This document shows positions 50,850 to 64,000 of a stretch of 64,000 bases of DNA, in pieces (the first letter of the stretch is position 1; every line of letters starts with the position of its first letter). The stretch comes from Dipteris shenzhenensis (lineage: Eukaryota), in assembly GCA_047967505.1 (NCBI GenBank), contig CM106538.1, one strand, 5' to 3'. The notes beneath the pieces are model-generated. The model did not search any database. It was not told where the DNA came from and saw only the letters and a program-made list of their open reading frames with translations. A program made the position numbers and the translations under genes.

Positions 50850-52240
50850 CCATGCTTGTTTTAAGTGTATCCCAACAACCACTGCGTTGGTTTCCAATAA
50901 TGAATCCACACATCCTACAAATCCATTCATCTTGTAATAATAGAAGCAAACCACCATGCTAGTGGCTGTTCATATCCTAGTGCAAACCAGCCACTATGCT
51001 TGCAATAACTTATCCTACACTACTACCATGCTATCCCTACACTACTGCCGTGCTATCCTAAAATTTGTTACACAGTGCTATACTAAAATAGTGCCTTTTA
51101 GAATGTTTATCATTTTGTTAACTGTCATATTTCTTCCCATGCTTGCTTTTAGTATATCCCAACAACCACTATGCTGGTTTCCCATAACGAATCCATTCAT
51201 CTTGTAATAATAGAAGCAAACCACCGCATTGGTGGCTGTTCATATTCTAGTGCCATCTTGCACTACTACCATGCTATCCTAAAATTTGTTGCATAGTGCT
51301 AGTGCCCTTTAGACTTGGTATTTTTAATCATCAGATTTCAACCACTGGAACCACTGGGCTACTTAAAACATTTAAGTACTAACATGGAAGTAGGTCGATG
51401 CAAAATCAGGTATTACGAGCACCATGAAAATATCCACAAGTTCAAGAAATGTCTGCAAGATTTTTATTATTTCAAAACACAATGACATTTTTCTTTTTCA
51501 AGGAAATTCCAAACTCCCAACAATCTTATCAACCTCTATATAGCAAACATCTTCCAAATCTTGAGGCCAGTATGATGCACAATGGCAGACCTCTTCACAC
51601 ACTCAAATTACATTCTGCTTGCTTGACTCTACCGACTTATATGCCCACAATAACTCCTCCTTTTGGTGGGTGTCCTCTTCATCCTGGTCTTTGTGGTCTA
51701 TACATCTTCACACCTCTATCATGTCCTGCCAAAAGAAACCTACATCATGAGCTTGACAAGTACCTTAAAGGAGCAGGAAAAACAATAGCCAGGGAAATTA
51801 ATATTCACCGTCTGTGCTGACTCCAAGTAATAAACCCACCACCGAAGCATGTCCTCCTTGCAGCTATTTTCCTCCTCCTTCTCTGGGTCTATTTATGTGA
51901 CGATTTCTTCCAACATCGTTTTTAGATAGAACAAAAGCATTCCAAAGTTTTTTGGGTATGCCATAGATTCACAATAGGTGGATTGGTGTACAGAGTTTGG
52001 ATCGATCCTTCTCATTCTTTAGTCTCATGTTAGTTGTCTAATCTAAATCTTTCATCTCACATAAGTTGTCTAATCCAAATATTTCATGGTACAGTAGTTC
52101 ACTAATTAAAATCTTTCAATCTCACATTAGTGATCTAATCAAATTCTTTTGTCTCACATTATGTGTCAAATTAAAATCTTTTGTCTCATTATTATCACCG
52201 TGCTAGCATGGATCAAAGGACACCATCTAGTCACTTAGTT
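50850..52240. repeat. Terminal arm downstream of the Sola2-like transposase; inverted copy of 8-1531 including satellite units
   Basis: Reverse-complement similarity to the window start over about 1.4 kb. Confidence 0.85.
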
Positions 52241-55200
52241 GAGAAAAAAATTCAATAGATTACACACAAATTACATAGATTACAATGTCAAAGAGTCCTT
52301 TACTTTAGATTACATCTCAAGGACTCCTTGTTAAGCTCCTTGATTGCAGGCTCCTCCTTGCTCCTTTCTAGAATGGGGCTGGTTCCTTCATATTTTGGCC
52401 TGGCCCTTCCTTTCATGTTGCTTCCTGCTTGGCCCTTCTTGCTCCTTTCTTGAAGGGGGCTGGCTCCTCCCTTTAGGCTTGATTTTATAGAACTCTTATG
52501 GGAAATTAATCTCATGCATGAACCTTAACTATATAAATATAAATAAATGGTTTTCAGTATATTTAAATTGTTAATACGTTAAGGGAATTTGAATTTTTAA
52601 AAGAGGATTGAATTTCTTTAAAATAAACATTTATATCATGATTTTTGCAATAGAGATAAGATACAAATTATGTTTCCTAGTTTTTGCACTATTAGTTCAA
52701 AATAACAAATGAGTAATTTCTTTTGTTTTTGAGAAAGGATAGTGTCAAAAAGTAAACTTTTGATTTGGGAATGATATTTTTATAAAGTAAATCACCTAGA
52801 GAGAGGGGGGGACTCAAAATTCACCCAAGAAGGCCCACTTCATCTTGAATGCCATCTAGGGCTAATGTGGGGAAGGTGCACATGGGATGAGGGTTAAGCA
52901 TGGGCTAAGAGGGGGGAGGATGATTTGGGTGGTCCCTACTATAAGGGGAATAATCGATAAGGGCTCTTTGCATTCCTTCCCAGCCTCCACCTCAACATAC
53001 CATCATCGTACACCTTAGAGCACTCATTGGTACACCTCAAATCCCTCCTTAATTCCTTGAAATTAGGAAACACTAATTGGAGGCCCTTTTGAGACCCCAT
53101 TTCTCCCCTAATGATTATAGAGAGATATTGTGAAATTTATTATTTGGAAATAACAGTGCTAGAAAGCAAGCTTTTGATTCTCGAATGATGTTTTCATAAA
53201 GTAAACTTTCTATTTGGAAATAATTTTTAGGATTAGTCCAAATATAGACATTGGAGTTCAAAATTAATGAAATGTGTGAGAAGCTAGCACTCTAGATGGT
53301 TGAATGGAAGGCCTCACAATTTCTACTCGAAGAAAAAACATAAAGGAGAAGGGGTTGTAGGAAAGGTAGTTAGCTAGTGCCTTATTCCATTTCACCAAGA
53401 TGACTAGTGGGCCAGATGCACACAACAATCAGGCCCAAGCTGAAGGGAGAGCACAAATACAACTATGTACATCATTACCGACATGTGCTCTCACATAATG
53501 CACTTCCATTGGAAGTGCTAAGCATGCATGAATCAATGGACAAGGGAGGAGACAAAAATGTTTTTTGAATACAATTTGTGGGTGTTTCATGTCTTAGACC
53601 AACATCGTGGTACGCTAGCAAGAGGAGTAACAGAGGTGATGCTTAGGCTCATGTAGCACTAAAGGACAAGATAGCGATGACAGTGGTGCATACAGCTATT
53701 TGCCGAGTATTAGGTTACTCACATAGCCAAGAATTTTGGGTTGTCACTCCATTTTTCAAAAAACCAACTACATGTTGGATTTCAGAAGGGATGATGAGTC
53801 CTTGCAAGCAAGAAATTATTGATTGGGGAAGAAGCCTACACTGGACTGAAATAAAGTATCTGGAAGACCTGACTCATGCTCGTACAAAGGCATTTCCATG
53901 GTTTGTGCCATAGTTGTATGCCAGTCAAAATGCCCAAGGGCGCATGGGCACCGAAGTCAAATTGCTTTGCTATGGGTTGGCTATTTAGAGAAATTGCCAA
54001 CATCCCCATAGAAGTTTTAGGAGCTCTTAGTGACAAATCGGCAGTTAAGGAGACATTGCAATCAAACTCTTGGTTAGGTTTGATCCAAAGGAGAGAGCTA
54101 CCATGGGAGCAACTTTGACAAAACTACACAGTTATAATGTAAATGAGGATGTCGCAATGTGACCTATTGGGGATATGATGATGTGCTTGTGAAGTTAGGC
54201 TACATATTTCTTGAGCTTGAACCATATGACCACAATTTTGATTGCTAAATTTTTAATGTCTTTGAATTGTACATATGGATTTGTGAAGTTGCTATAACAT
54301 GTATCTTCAACTCTTGGTAACTTATTTTTGGATTGAGATTGATTCATGCTCAATTGTAAGAGTTTGAATTTATTTATTTTATCCTTCAACTTGCACAAGC
54401 AACTCACTGTGCAATTGAAAATTTAGCATGCGCACCCCGTAGTAGCTGAAAATTCAAGCTGTCCATCTTATTCAATTTGCTCAAACATGCTCACTCCACA
54501 AATGAAAATTCAAGCTGTCCTTTCTCTATAAAATAGTTAGATAAATTTTCACATCCTAAAATTTGAATATGTACCTTACAATTAAATGTTTTAACACCAT
54601 GTATCTCATTCATGATCGGCATGGTTATTAGATCTTCACTCGCACCCTCTCACCACGGCACCTCGCTTGGAATGTTCAATGCAAGCATCATGTGAGAAAC
54701 AAGATCAAAATGCAAGGGCCAAGTTAGCCATCAAACACATAATGGATGTGGCTAATGCTACCCTCCAACCAACAAGGATAGATGAGGCATGCAAAATTGC
54801 AATTGTGAGTCTCTACCATGACCTACAAGGTTGGAAGTATGACCGCATGAATACCGTGGTCAACAACAATGACATAGTAGCAGTTTGGAAGAGTGGTGAT
54901 CCCTCACATGGATGTTGGCCCATCAAAGTATGCAAAAATAGAGCTATGAGGGAGAATTCATATTATATTTATTGCATGGTCAATTCAAAGAATCCTCATT
55001 GAGGACGCATGCCACTGTACTTTGTAAATATGTTATATGCAAAGTTCATGCTTGAATTGCCTGTAGACTTCGCTTCTTTCCCTCGAAGATGCCAACAATG
55101 GGCTTCATAGCCAAGGACATCCACCGCAACTACTTTCCCCATGGTAGCATAACCACCCACAAATATGGGAAGCCTATCATAGGTGAATGAATAGATATCT

Positions 55201-55693
55201 CTTGAAGTGCATGCTAGTTTGTTCCATTTGTGAAAATAATTGTTATGTCGATGGATCATGTACTCATTTGAATTGTTTTGCATCATGTAGTTTCTTTGAC
55301 TTCCAATGAACTATTCATGAATGTGCATGAAAAGTCCATAAGGGGATGACGGTGAATGGGACCCAAATTCTTCAAGGGAATATCTCATTTTTCACAGCAT
55401 CATAGTTTGAGATGCCAAGTTTGAATACTGATGGGTAGTGAATGAGAACGAATTGAATGGATCCTTGCTGGAACTTATCGCTTGAATGCATTCCTCCAAA
55501 AAACTAAACAATGGTTAGACATTGGAATTACCTGTGAGGATCAATGCAAAATTGTAGCTTCATATCATCCACAAGCACAAGATGCACAAGCCACATTGCA
55601 ACATATCAAAGAAGGAGGTCGCGCTCGTAACCTTGATCCAAATTTTGTGGGTCTAGCTGTCAGAAAGACCTCTATCATTCTGCCATTACTTTT

Positions 55694-55845
55694 GTGGATG
55701 ATGGACCTATATGTTTTATATGCCAAGATCGTTTTGATATAGTGACCAGTTATTATGATCTCTCATGTCACCATTGGTTTCACTTGGCTTGCCTTATAAA
55801 TATTTTAAAGGTTAGCAGTGCATGTCTAACTTGTAATGCTCCTCA
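55694..55845 (+). pseudogene. RING-H2 zinc-finger coding relic
   Basis: CFIC-x14-CHHWFHLAC-x10-CLTC gives the complete C3H2C3 spacing. It is embedded in a stop-riddled region with no clear gene structure. Confidence 0.65.
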
Positions 55846-56672
55846 AGCCAACAATTGTATGGTATTCTTGGCATCGGAGCAACATTTTCATTTGATCCTC
55901 GGTTGCGCAGACTGTAACATGTTGGGACTCTTATCTAAGTTAAATATGCCCTTGCACTTTGGACATATATTTTAATGACATACATCAATTTTGTTAATGT
56001 ATTTCTGAGATGTTGCGAAAAATTTATTATAATCTCCCATGTTGTATTGTGTATTTGGAAAATTTTAACTTGTATTGTGTTATTTCTAGAATTAAGTTTT
56101 GAGGATTCTATTTTAAATGTTACATGTCTTAGGAACGTGTTACATGCTATTTTAATCATTGAGTTTTGCAAATCAGTATTCTTCAAACTCTCTTCAACCC
56201 CTCTTCAACCATCAAGATGTTGGTGATTTTAGTTTTTGTCTTAGATACTCTCATAGTGATCGTCTTGCTATGCGGCATTTCTATAATTTTGCTAAACAAT
56301 TGCCAATGGTACCCACAAAATGGCCACTTGGTGTCCCTTGATGGGCTTCCGACAGAACAGCATGCTACTCATGGTCCAAGACACTGATTTTTGTTTCTTG
56401 GTCACAACGAATGTAATTGTAAATTTTGCTAAATGGACACTCCTTGTTTTTTGCCACATCCAATGTACTTATAATTTTTGCAAAATGAGCACCCTATGTA
56501 GTTTGATTATATCCAACATCACTCACCATGTATACTTTGCACATATTCAATGTGGCTCATTATGTATAATTTCCCCATATATAATATGACGACAAGCTCT
56601 TGCAATGTTTGCTTACTACTTTTTTTTTGCAAAGAAAGTTTTCTTACTACTTATGCTTGCTATATGTCAATT

Positions 56673-56942
56673 TTTGAGGGGTGCACCATTAATAAATCCT
56701 AGGTATCATGTGCATTCAATGGGTATTAAAAACCCCTCAACTAAAAATTTCCCCGCTAATAAAACCACCGCTCTTCACTTATGATCTTTACTTATGAACT
56801 AATGGATTTTTTTATAAAGTTGAATTAAAAACCGCCTCTTGTTATTGTAAACCTATTAAAAATTTCCCGAAAAAGGAATTAAAATACTTCTCCTTTTGAA
56901 TGCACGTGGTACACTAAAATTTTGGGAGTTAAACCCCCCAAG
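56673..56942. mobile_element. MITE family B, copy 2 (reverse orientation)
   Basis: Degenerate termini TTTGAGGGGTGCAC...TTAAACCCCCCAAG with a perfect 8-bp TSD TGTCAATT (56665-56672, 56943-56950). Internal homology to 10233-10491. Confidence 0.85.
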
Positions 56943-57364
56943 TGTCAATTGTTGGTTCATATAAAATGTGTAGTTACTTAAATTATGCTACATTTACCAA
57001 TTCTTTGAGTAGTTGCAGGATTGCCATCCACACATAACATATGAAATTGGTGTTTTATGAAGTTATAAATATTTCCCTTACACTTTCATGAGATGGTAAT
57101 CTTTTTTGTAATTCTTATTTCTTCGTCATCTTATGCCATCAACTACTAAAAAAACTATGCTGGGAAAGATTTATAACTTCATTCATGGCTAGCACACAAC
57201 AAAATGAATAGTGCAATGCTCCACCACAAGTTAATTACATCATTAAATGATGACCAAAAAGAACGATGAATTGCCACATCTCCTTTGCACTTTAAATGAG
57301 CGCTCTATTAAATGACGATGTAAAAGAATGACAAATTGCAACACCTAATTGTCAATTTAAGTGA

Positions 57365-58086
57365 ATTGCCATTTTTTCAATGCCACCATAAACAATTGTT
57401 GCATCTCCTCTTTCATCCTATTGTAGTAGACACCCAACATGTTGTTACAAACGGCATCATAACTAGGCATTATGAAGCCAGTGCTAGCTCTAGCCATAGA
57501 CACCATGGCTTTCTTCTAATGTAGGCTTTGAACCATGCTCAACGGATAGCTTGCACACTAGATAGCTTCAAACACATCTTGTTGCACCTTTTATATGTGT
57601 TGTGGTTTGAAGGAGGCTTCTGAGGATTGGTGCTACACATGTGCATTTGAATGAGGCACATTATTGCATTTTCTCTTTCATATGCACATTAGAGTAACTT
57701 GTTGATTGTGCAAGGGACCGTGTGCCATGACTAATTGCCGTTGCACTTTGTGAGAAACTTTCCATAGTCACTGACTGTGCACCCGGGGATCTAAGACCCA
57801 CACTTCTTTCTTCAATTACAAGTTGGAACTAGTGGCCTGCGACCATATCATCCACAATCGTGTCTACACTTGTAGATGTTTCACCTCACAAAATGGCTAC
57901 CACTCTTTCCAATCCGGATCCTCTACCCTTCTTGATCTATCTTTGAGTATCGCCTAGAAAGTGTTTGCGCATTCTAGTACTTGAAACCGTGTATTCTTCA
58001 TGGCACATGTTACATCTCCACTTTGTGGCACTTAGGACCATAACATAATCACGTGCAAGGTTTCTTCCACGTTTCTCTAGAGCCAT
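57365..58086 (-). pseudogene. hAT-type transposase N-terminal relic (zf-BED + DUF659-like)
   Basis: From ATG 58086 it reads MALEKRGRNLARDYVMVLSATKWRCNMCHEEYTVSSTRMRKHFLG (BED finger). Further downstream: YPLSMVQS..KKAMVSMARASTGFIMPSYDAVCNNML, the PSY motif of DUF659-type hATs. Internal stops. Confidence 0.7.
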
Positions 58087-58643
58087 GTTCTTCTTTGTAT
58101 ACATATATAAATAGTTTACTAATGCACAAAGGTTTTGTATTCATTTTTTTTCCCAATTAGGTTTCTATCTTGCATCAAAACTTATTTCTCAATAAGTGTT
58201 GCATTGAAATTTGTTTCTTTTATTGTTTGAATTTATTTGTCAATATGTCTTGCATCAAAACAATAATTTCACTCAACATTATTCTAACGACAGTATGTAA
58301 GTGCACTAAACCTTGATAAAGAGCAATGATCCAATTGTCTTGGCTCCTCCCAACATAAAATTTGGATGAATATAGACGTGGTAAATAGCCTATAGAAATA
58401 GGCATGGGATGGCAAGTTGCCTTTTCCCACATCCCGTTCTCTCTCAAGTAAGCATCTATATACACTATGATAATTCACAACATCATGCCCTATACATGAA
58501 TGTTGGTATTTCACACACACTAGTGCAGTAGCTAGTGATACTTACATCTATGTGATAGTTCTCTCACATGCATGATGACTACTTTCCCACCATAACAACA
58601 ACTATTTCAAAATGTTTTAAGGATTTTTTTGCCACATTCTAAA

Positions 58644-59090
58644 CCCGGGGGATTCACAAGAGGAAACTTATGATATCACGTGAGTGTACAATAGGGGGGT
58701 TTTTTTCAATGAGGCATAAGCTTATACATTAGGGGTGGGGGGCCTTTTATGTTTTCCCAATATTGAATTTAAGTTAGGGGGGCCATGCCATATTTAAGAG
58801 GGGGGGACATACTATAGGCTACCTTGGATAACTAGTCCAAACAAGTTTGGTTTTGTGTATGGTTTTAAATAGTCATAGGGAAAGTAATCTAAATTTTCTT
58901 ATTGTGTGATCTAAATGCTTGAGAAAGAATGTAGATTTAAGGAAAGGGGGGACATAATAGAATTTTGGTGGTATCTTATAAGCTTAAATAGGGGTGTTTT
59001 ATCATCCTACATGGATCTTAAATAGGGGGTTTTCGTGAAGTTCATGCACACAGGTGACGTCCCCCTTTCATGAAGAGTGAATCCCCCGGG
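58644..59090. mobile_element. MITE family C (447 bp)
   Basis: Perfect 14-bp TIR CCCGGGGGATTCAC / GTGAATCCCCCGGG and perfect 8-bp TSD ATTCTAAA (58636-58643, 59091-59098). Confidence 0.95.
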
Positions 59091-59242
59091 ATTCTAAATA
59101 GTCTAGAATAGCTATAGAATGGCACTTAATTCAATATAAAAAAGCCCTAATACATCATAGGCATTTCCAAGGCATGCATAAAATTAACAACTAATTTGCA
59201 ATTCCCATTCTCCAAATCATTGTGACATTACATTGGCATAGT

Positions 59243-62200
59243 TGTTATTAGCCGAAAAAGAAATCAGGACCAGAGGCTAGAGGATAAGCATGGCGACGCG
59301 CGAGGGCCATAGAGGAAAGGAGAATGTGAGGGCAAAACATTATCATGGGAGGGGAAAAGGAATTAGAAGGGGAGGGAATGAAGAGGGAGACTATGACACA
59401 AGGGGAAAGGGAGAGGGGGAAGAGAAGCATGTACATGATGGGAGGAGGAATGTAAAGATGGAGACATCAAGGGAAGAGGACCATGCTTTATTTTGAAAGG
59501 AAGAGAAGGGAGAAATCAAAATACTAGCTAGGTGGCTTTACAAAGAATGAGCGTGTCTCATCAAGGAATAGCCCCCTCCTTTTATAGCCAAAAGAGGGGC
59601 TCTCTCCCAATAAATGCATCCTCCCACATGTATGGTGTGTGTGGAAAAGTCTCCCATGTGGGCTAGGCAGTTACGCACTGTCAATTGTGTGCAACAACCC
59701 TTTGCCTCATTTTTCCACATAAATCAAGCCCCATATCTCAAGCCTATGATACTCCCTTGGTCTCTCCCCAATTTTATAATATGTTCAAACTCTAGGAGGA
59801 CAAGTGGAGGGTTGGCACAAGGAATCTTGCCACCTCATCCTACTTTCCCCATTATTTAACTTGCTCTCTTAGACCTTCTATACCTCCCCCACATGATCCT
59901 TTCTCCTATATGGAGGGAATAACCCAATATAATATCCATCTCCACCTATTTTATATTACTTCTCCCATGGACTTTGAGCCATATCTCACTAAATGCAGCC
60001 TAGGTGGAGGAGTGGCACATGGAGGAGCCATGCCACCTTACATTTTATAATATTACTACCATGGATTATGTACATCACACCTTATGGGTCCTCTTACATG
60101 GAAGGGTGGCACATGGTCATGCTTTGCCACCTCAACCCTGGGCCCTATGCACACCATATTTTATTATACTATTGCCACACATTCAAACACACACACATAC
60201 TAATGCCTTTTTCCTTGGACAAATTTATCCATAACAGTTCCCCCCCCAGGCAGCGAATGCACAGCAGCGAATGCACAGCATTTCCATGCCTGGGTCCATC
60301 ACGCACAAAGAAAGGTTTGAGGTAATGCTTGTTGATCACCTTCTTGTTGTTAGAGCTATATATAGCTTGCCCTAACTTCACCTAGGTCTCACCTATATAT
60401 ATGTAACTAGTGATCAATATGAGTCAGTCTTTGGGAGTCTATGTTGTGTGTCTATCATCTCTTCTTCTTCTTCTCTCTTAACATGGTATCAGAGCTACAA
60501 AGGCTTTGCTATTATATGCTCACTATGATAAAGAAAGATAGGAAGTATTCGTTGTTGATTTGATTACACAGCGCAAGCAGTATGTCATTGCTTATTTTCT
60601 CTTGTCAATTTTGACATGTCTAACTTGATGTGGTTTTTTGGAGGTCTTATGGTGCAAATTTGAGAAAGTTATCAGTGTGGAAAATGGATCATAGATCATC
60701 TGCAGATGTAGCTCTCATTGTGCTCTTCGTTTTGAGCACTTAAACGCCCTAATCGAACTTTGGAGCAGAAAGTTACGTCAGTTTTTGTGACTACTTTTTC
60801 CTTGGATTCGTAATCAGCACGCTTGTATTGCTTTTCGCCAAGAATCTCATGGCTTCGTGATAAATGTATTGGTTTCGTGATCCACATGATCATAGTGTTT
60901 TTCGCCAAAAATACCTCCATTTCGTGATCAACAAGTTCTGCTTTTCTTCAAAAATATCGTGCTTTCATGATCAACCAGCAAAGCTCTTTCTTGGCATGCA
61001 TGCTATTTCTAGTATACTCTCATCTCAATTTCTATCCTTTTTTGGGATATCTCGAGTTTTATATTTTCAGAGCGACCATTGTATTCTTGATCATTGACAT
61101 GAGCTCTGACAAACGTATTCTCCCGAAGTATGATGGCAACGTCTATAATCGTCAATGGCTTTCCTTTTGGCCAACGATCTATTCCTCTATTTCAAGGACA
61201 CGGATTTCCTGGTTGGAAAGTGAAGATGTTATTGATACTTGAAGGTGATAATCTTTCAGATATTGTTCTTGGTGATCTCGTTTGTCCACCCCAACCTGTT
61301 GATGCAACTTTGAATCATGCTCTTGTGACTCAAGGTTCTCTCTTTGAGCAATAGAGATCTGACTTTACTGATTGGCATTCTCGTGATAAAGCAGCTCGTC
61401 GGTATATTTTATCTGCTCTACATGATTCTCTTATGTTGCATGTATTTGCCCTTCCTTCTTCTCATGCAATATGGGAATATCTCGTTTCTACTTTTGAGAA
61501 GAAATCTGTCACAGAGATTCTTTATCTTCGTAATCTTTTGAGCACTCCGTACAAAGTTGGAGCTCCTATGACAACTCATATTGACTCATTTAAGAATATC
61601 ATAAATCAAGTTGCTACTGCTGGTGCACCTGTTCCATGAAATCAATTGGTGACCTATCTTCTCGACATAGTCCAGGATCCGTTATAAATATATATGATAA
61701 TATTGTTACCATCCTTTCCAACAAAAACGAGATTGATTTTGATCAAACATGTATTTCTTTGATTGAGTATGCTCAACGACGTGAGCGTCGTAAAGACCCT
61801 CATGAATCTGTGATGATAACAATGGATGATGCAGATTCAGAGACAGCTTGTGTTGCTTGCAAGCGTCCTTTCTTCAAATATGGATGTGGTAGTTATGGAT
61901 GTGGTGGTCATCCATATAGAGGTGGCAACTCTTCTCGTCTCAAATATCCTGAGAAACATTGTTCTTACTATGATAAGCATGGCCATGTTATCTCTGATTG
62001 TTGGGCTCGGAAATTTGATGAGGAACATGGTGTTACCACTAAGCAACCCCGCTTATCCAATAACTCTCCTTGCAAATATTTTGGCGGAAATCATTCATCC
62101 TTTCGGTGTTACAAGAGCGTTATGATCGCGAACGTACTCAAGCATATGCTGCTCAACAATAAGATGCCCATACACATCAAGAGGCAAATCATATCTGTTC

Positions 62201-64000
62201 TGATGTCTCCCCAAAAAGGATACTTCATGTTCGAGATGGTTCCACTTTTATTGTTGATTCTAGTGCTATTGGTAATATGACATATCAATCATCTCAATGG
62301 CTACATGATTATCATGCTCTTCCTCACAAGAAATTGGTTTATCTTGCTGATGACACTACTTGTCAAGTCATGGGCGTGGAGATTTATATCTTGGCACTTT
62401 TTCTTCAACAAGAGTATTGCGAGGCATTCTCCATGTTCCAGATCTTCAGAGAAATCTTCTTTCTGTTGCACGACTTGTTGATCTCGGTCTCTTTATTGGC
62501 TTTGACCACACACAGTGTCGGATTGAAAAAGATGGACATACCATAGTAGTTGCTCCTCGGAATGGTAACCTCTTTCAACTTTCCTTAAATGATGATATTG
62601 CTAATGTGGTTACAGCCCCTGGTGATTTGGACTACAAGCTATGGCATCATCATTTTGTTCATTCAGATTTTGCCAAGCTACTTACTATAAATCATCATGA
62701 TCTTGTGGATGGTATGAATCTCCCAGCTCGTCCTCACATGGGCCTATGTGAATATTGCGCTCTTGGCAAGCATCATCGAAAACCCTTTCATGCATCTACT
62801 TCAACTCATTCACATGCTTTATTGGATCTTATTCACACTGATATATGTGGACCTTTTCCTCCATCCAAGTCTTTCTATAGGTATTTCATCACTTTCATTG
62901 ATGATTGGTCAAGATATACAACTGCATTTCTCTTGCGACATAAGTCAGAGGCCTTATCAGTATTCAACCAGTATAAAACTGCTGCAGAACTTCATACTAG
63001 TTTTCGGATCAAGACCCTTCGTAGTGACAACGGTGGAGAATATATTTCTAATCTTTTTAATGATTATTGCATTGATTGTGGCATTCATCGTGAATATACT
63101 GTTCCATACTCTCCTCAACAAAATGCTCATACAGAGCATAAGAATCGCACTTCTCTTGATGCTATGCGATGTATGTTCCTTCATTCTGGATTATCTCGAA
63201 GCTTTTGGGTAGAAGCACTTTTGACAGCCATCTCTGTGCAAAATCATCTTCCTACAACTACACCTTCTGGTCAGATACCAATCACAGCTTGGATAGGGGA
63301 GACTCCTTCTGTATCACATTTTTAAACTTTTGGTTGCATTGCTTATATTCATGCACCAAAAGAGACACGGAAAAAGCTAGATCTTCCTGGCAAAAAGGTC
63401 ATATTCATTGGATATTCTCCCAATTTTAAAGGTTATAAATTCTATGATCCCTCTTCTAAGAAGGCTCGGGGGGGTCACTCATCATATGTAACCCTATCAC
63501 GTGAGTTCAACAGAAGGATATTTTTAATTCCTAAATTTCTCAAAAATTAATATACATAAGGGAGCATTTAAAATGAAACGTAAAAAAATTTACAGATTTG
63601 TATAGAAAAAGGGTACGTTTTATTAAGGAAAAATTTACAGATAAGGGATTTTACAAATAGGCCTCGAACGCACGTGATATAGAGGGTTCATACATAGTGA
63701 CCCCCCTGAGTAAGAAGGTGATAATCAATCGTGATGCCATATTCAATGAGCAGTTAATGGGAGGGGCATGGTCTAACGAGGATGCAGAGGACACTGAGTC
63801 CTTACTTTCTGCCTTTCCTTTTCTATTTGATACTGCTTCCACTTCTGATGTCATTACTACTCGTTCATCTGATGGCATCACTGCTACTACATCTATAGAG
63901 CAATGTGTTGACAATTTTGATTTGGATCCTACACATACACATGCCTCTGAGGATAGTGTTGATATTTATGTTGATCTGCCTATTGATTTTGAACATGGTT
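59243..64000 (+). mobile_element. Ty1/copia LTR retrotransposon (third family), running off the window end
   Basis: LTR ends TTAACA at 60483; its start TGTTA at 59243 is less certain. PBS TGGTATCAGAGC at 60484-60495. gag from ~61100 with degenerate knuckle HCSYYDKHGHVISDCW. Motifs ILHVPDLQRNLLSV, LIHTDICGP, LRSDNGGEY, YSPQQN and FIGYSPNFKGYKFYDP. Frameshifted. Confidence 0.93.
63465..63710. mobile_element. MITE family A, copy 3, inserted in the copia pol
   Basis: TIR CTCGGGGGGGTCAC...GTGACCCCCCTGAG with a perfect 8-bp TSD TAAGAAGG (63457-63464, 63711-63718). Excision restores YDPSSKKVIINRDAIFNE. Confidence 0.97.

Overview
Repeat-dominated eukaryotic DNA, inferred to be a land plant and possibly a seed-free/fern-like lineage (not verifiable here). 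There is one apparently intact host gene: a 4-exon PTI1-like receptor-like cytoplasmic kinase (At3g15890/RLCK-XV type; CDS 31046-37038, + strand, 362 aa) with a 4.6-kb first intron. Most of the rest is nested, degenerate transposable elements. These are: five Ty1/copia pieces from three families (two of them joined tail-to-tail into a 6.4-kb palindrome), two Ty3/gypsy relics, a LINE 3' end, an endonuclease-bearing Helitron (Helentron-type) with tandem OTU-like domains, a Sola2-like DDD transposase relic, a BED/DUF659 hAT relic and a Mutator-like non-autonomous element with a 9-bp TSD. Six MITEs from three related families share unusual C(T/C)C-G-rich termini and 8-bp TSDs. A mosaic region carries captured host-gene pieces (an AGCVIII kinase fragment and an ALDH2-like exon). 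No rRNA, tRNA or CRISPR features were seen. All family assignments come from motif recognition by eye, not from database searches.
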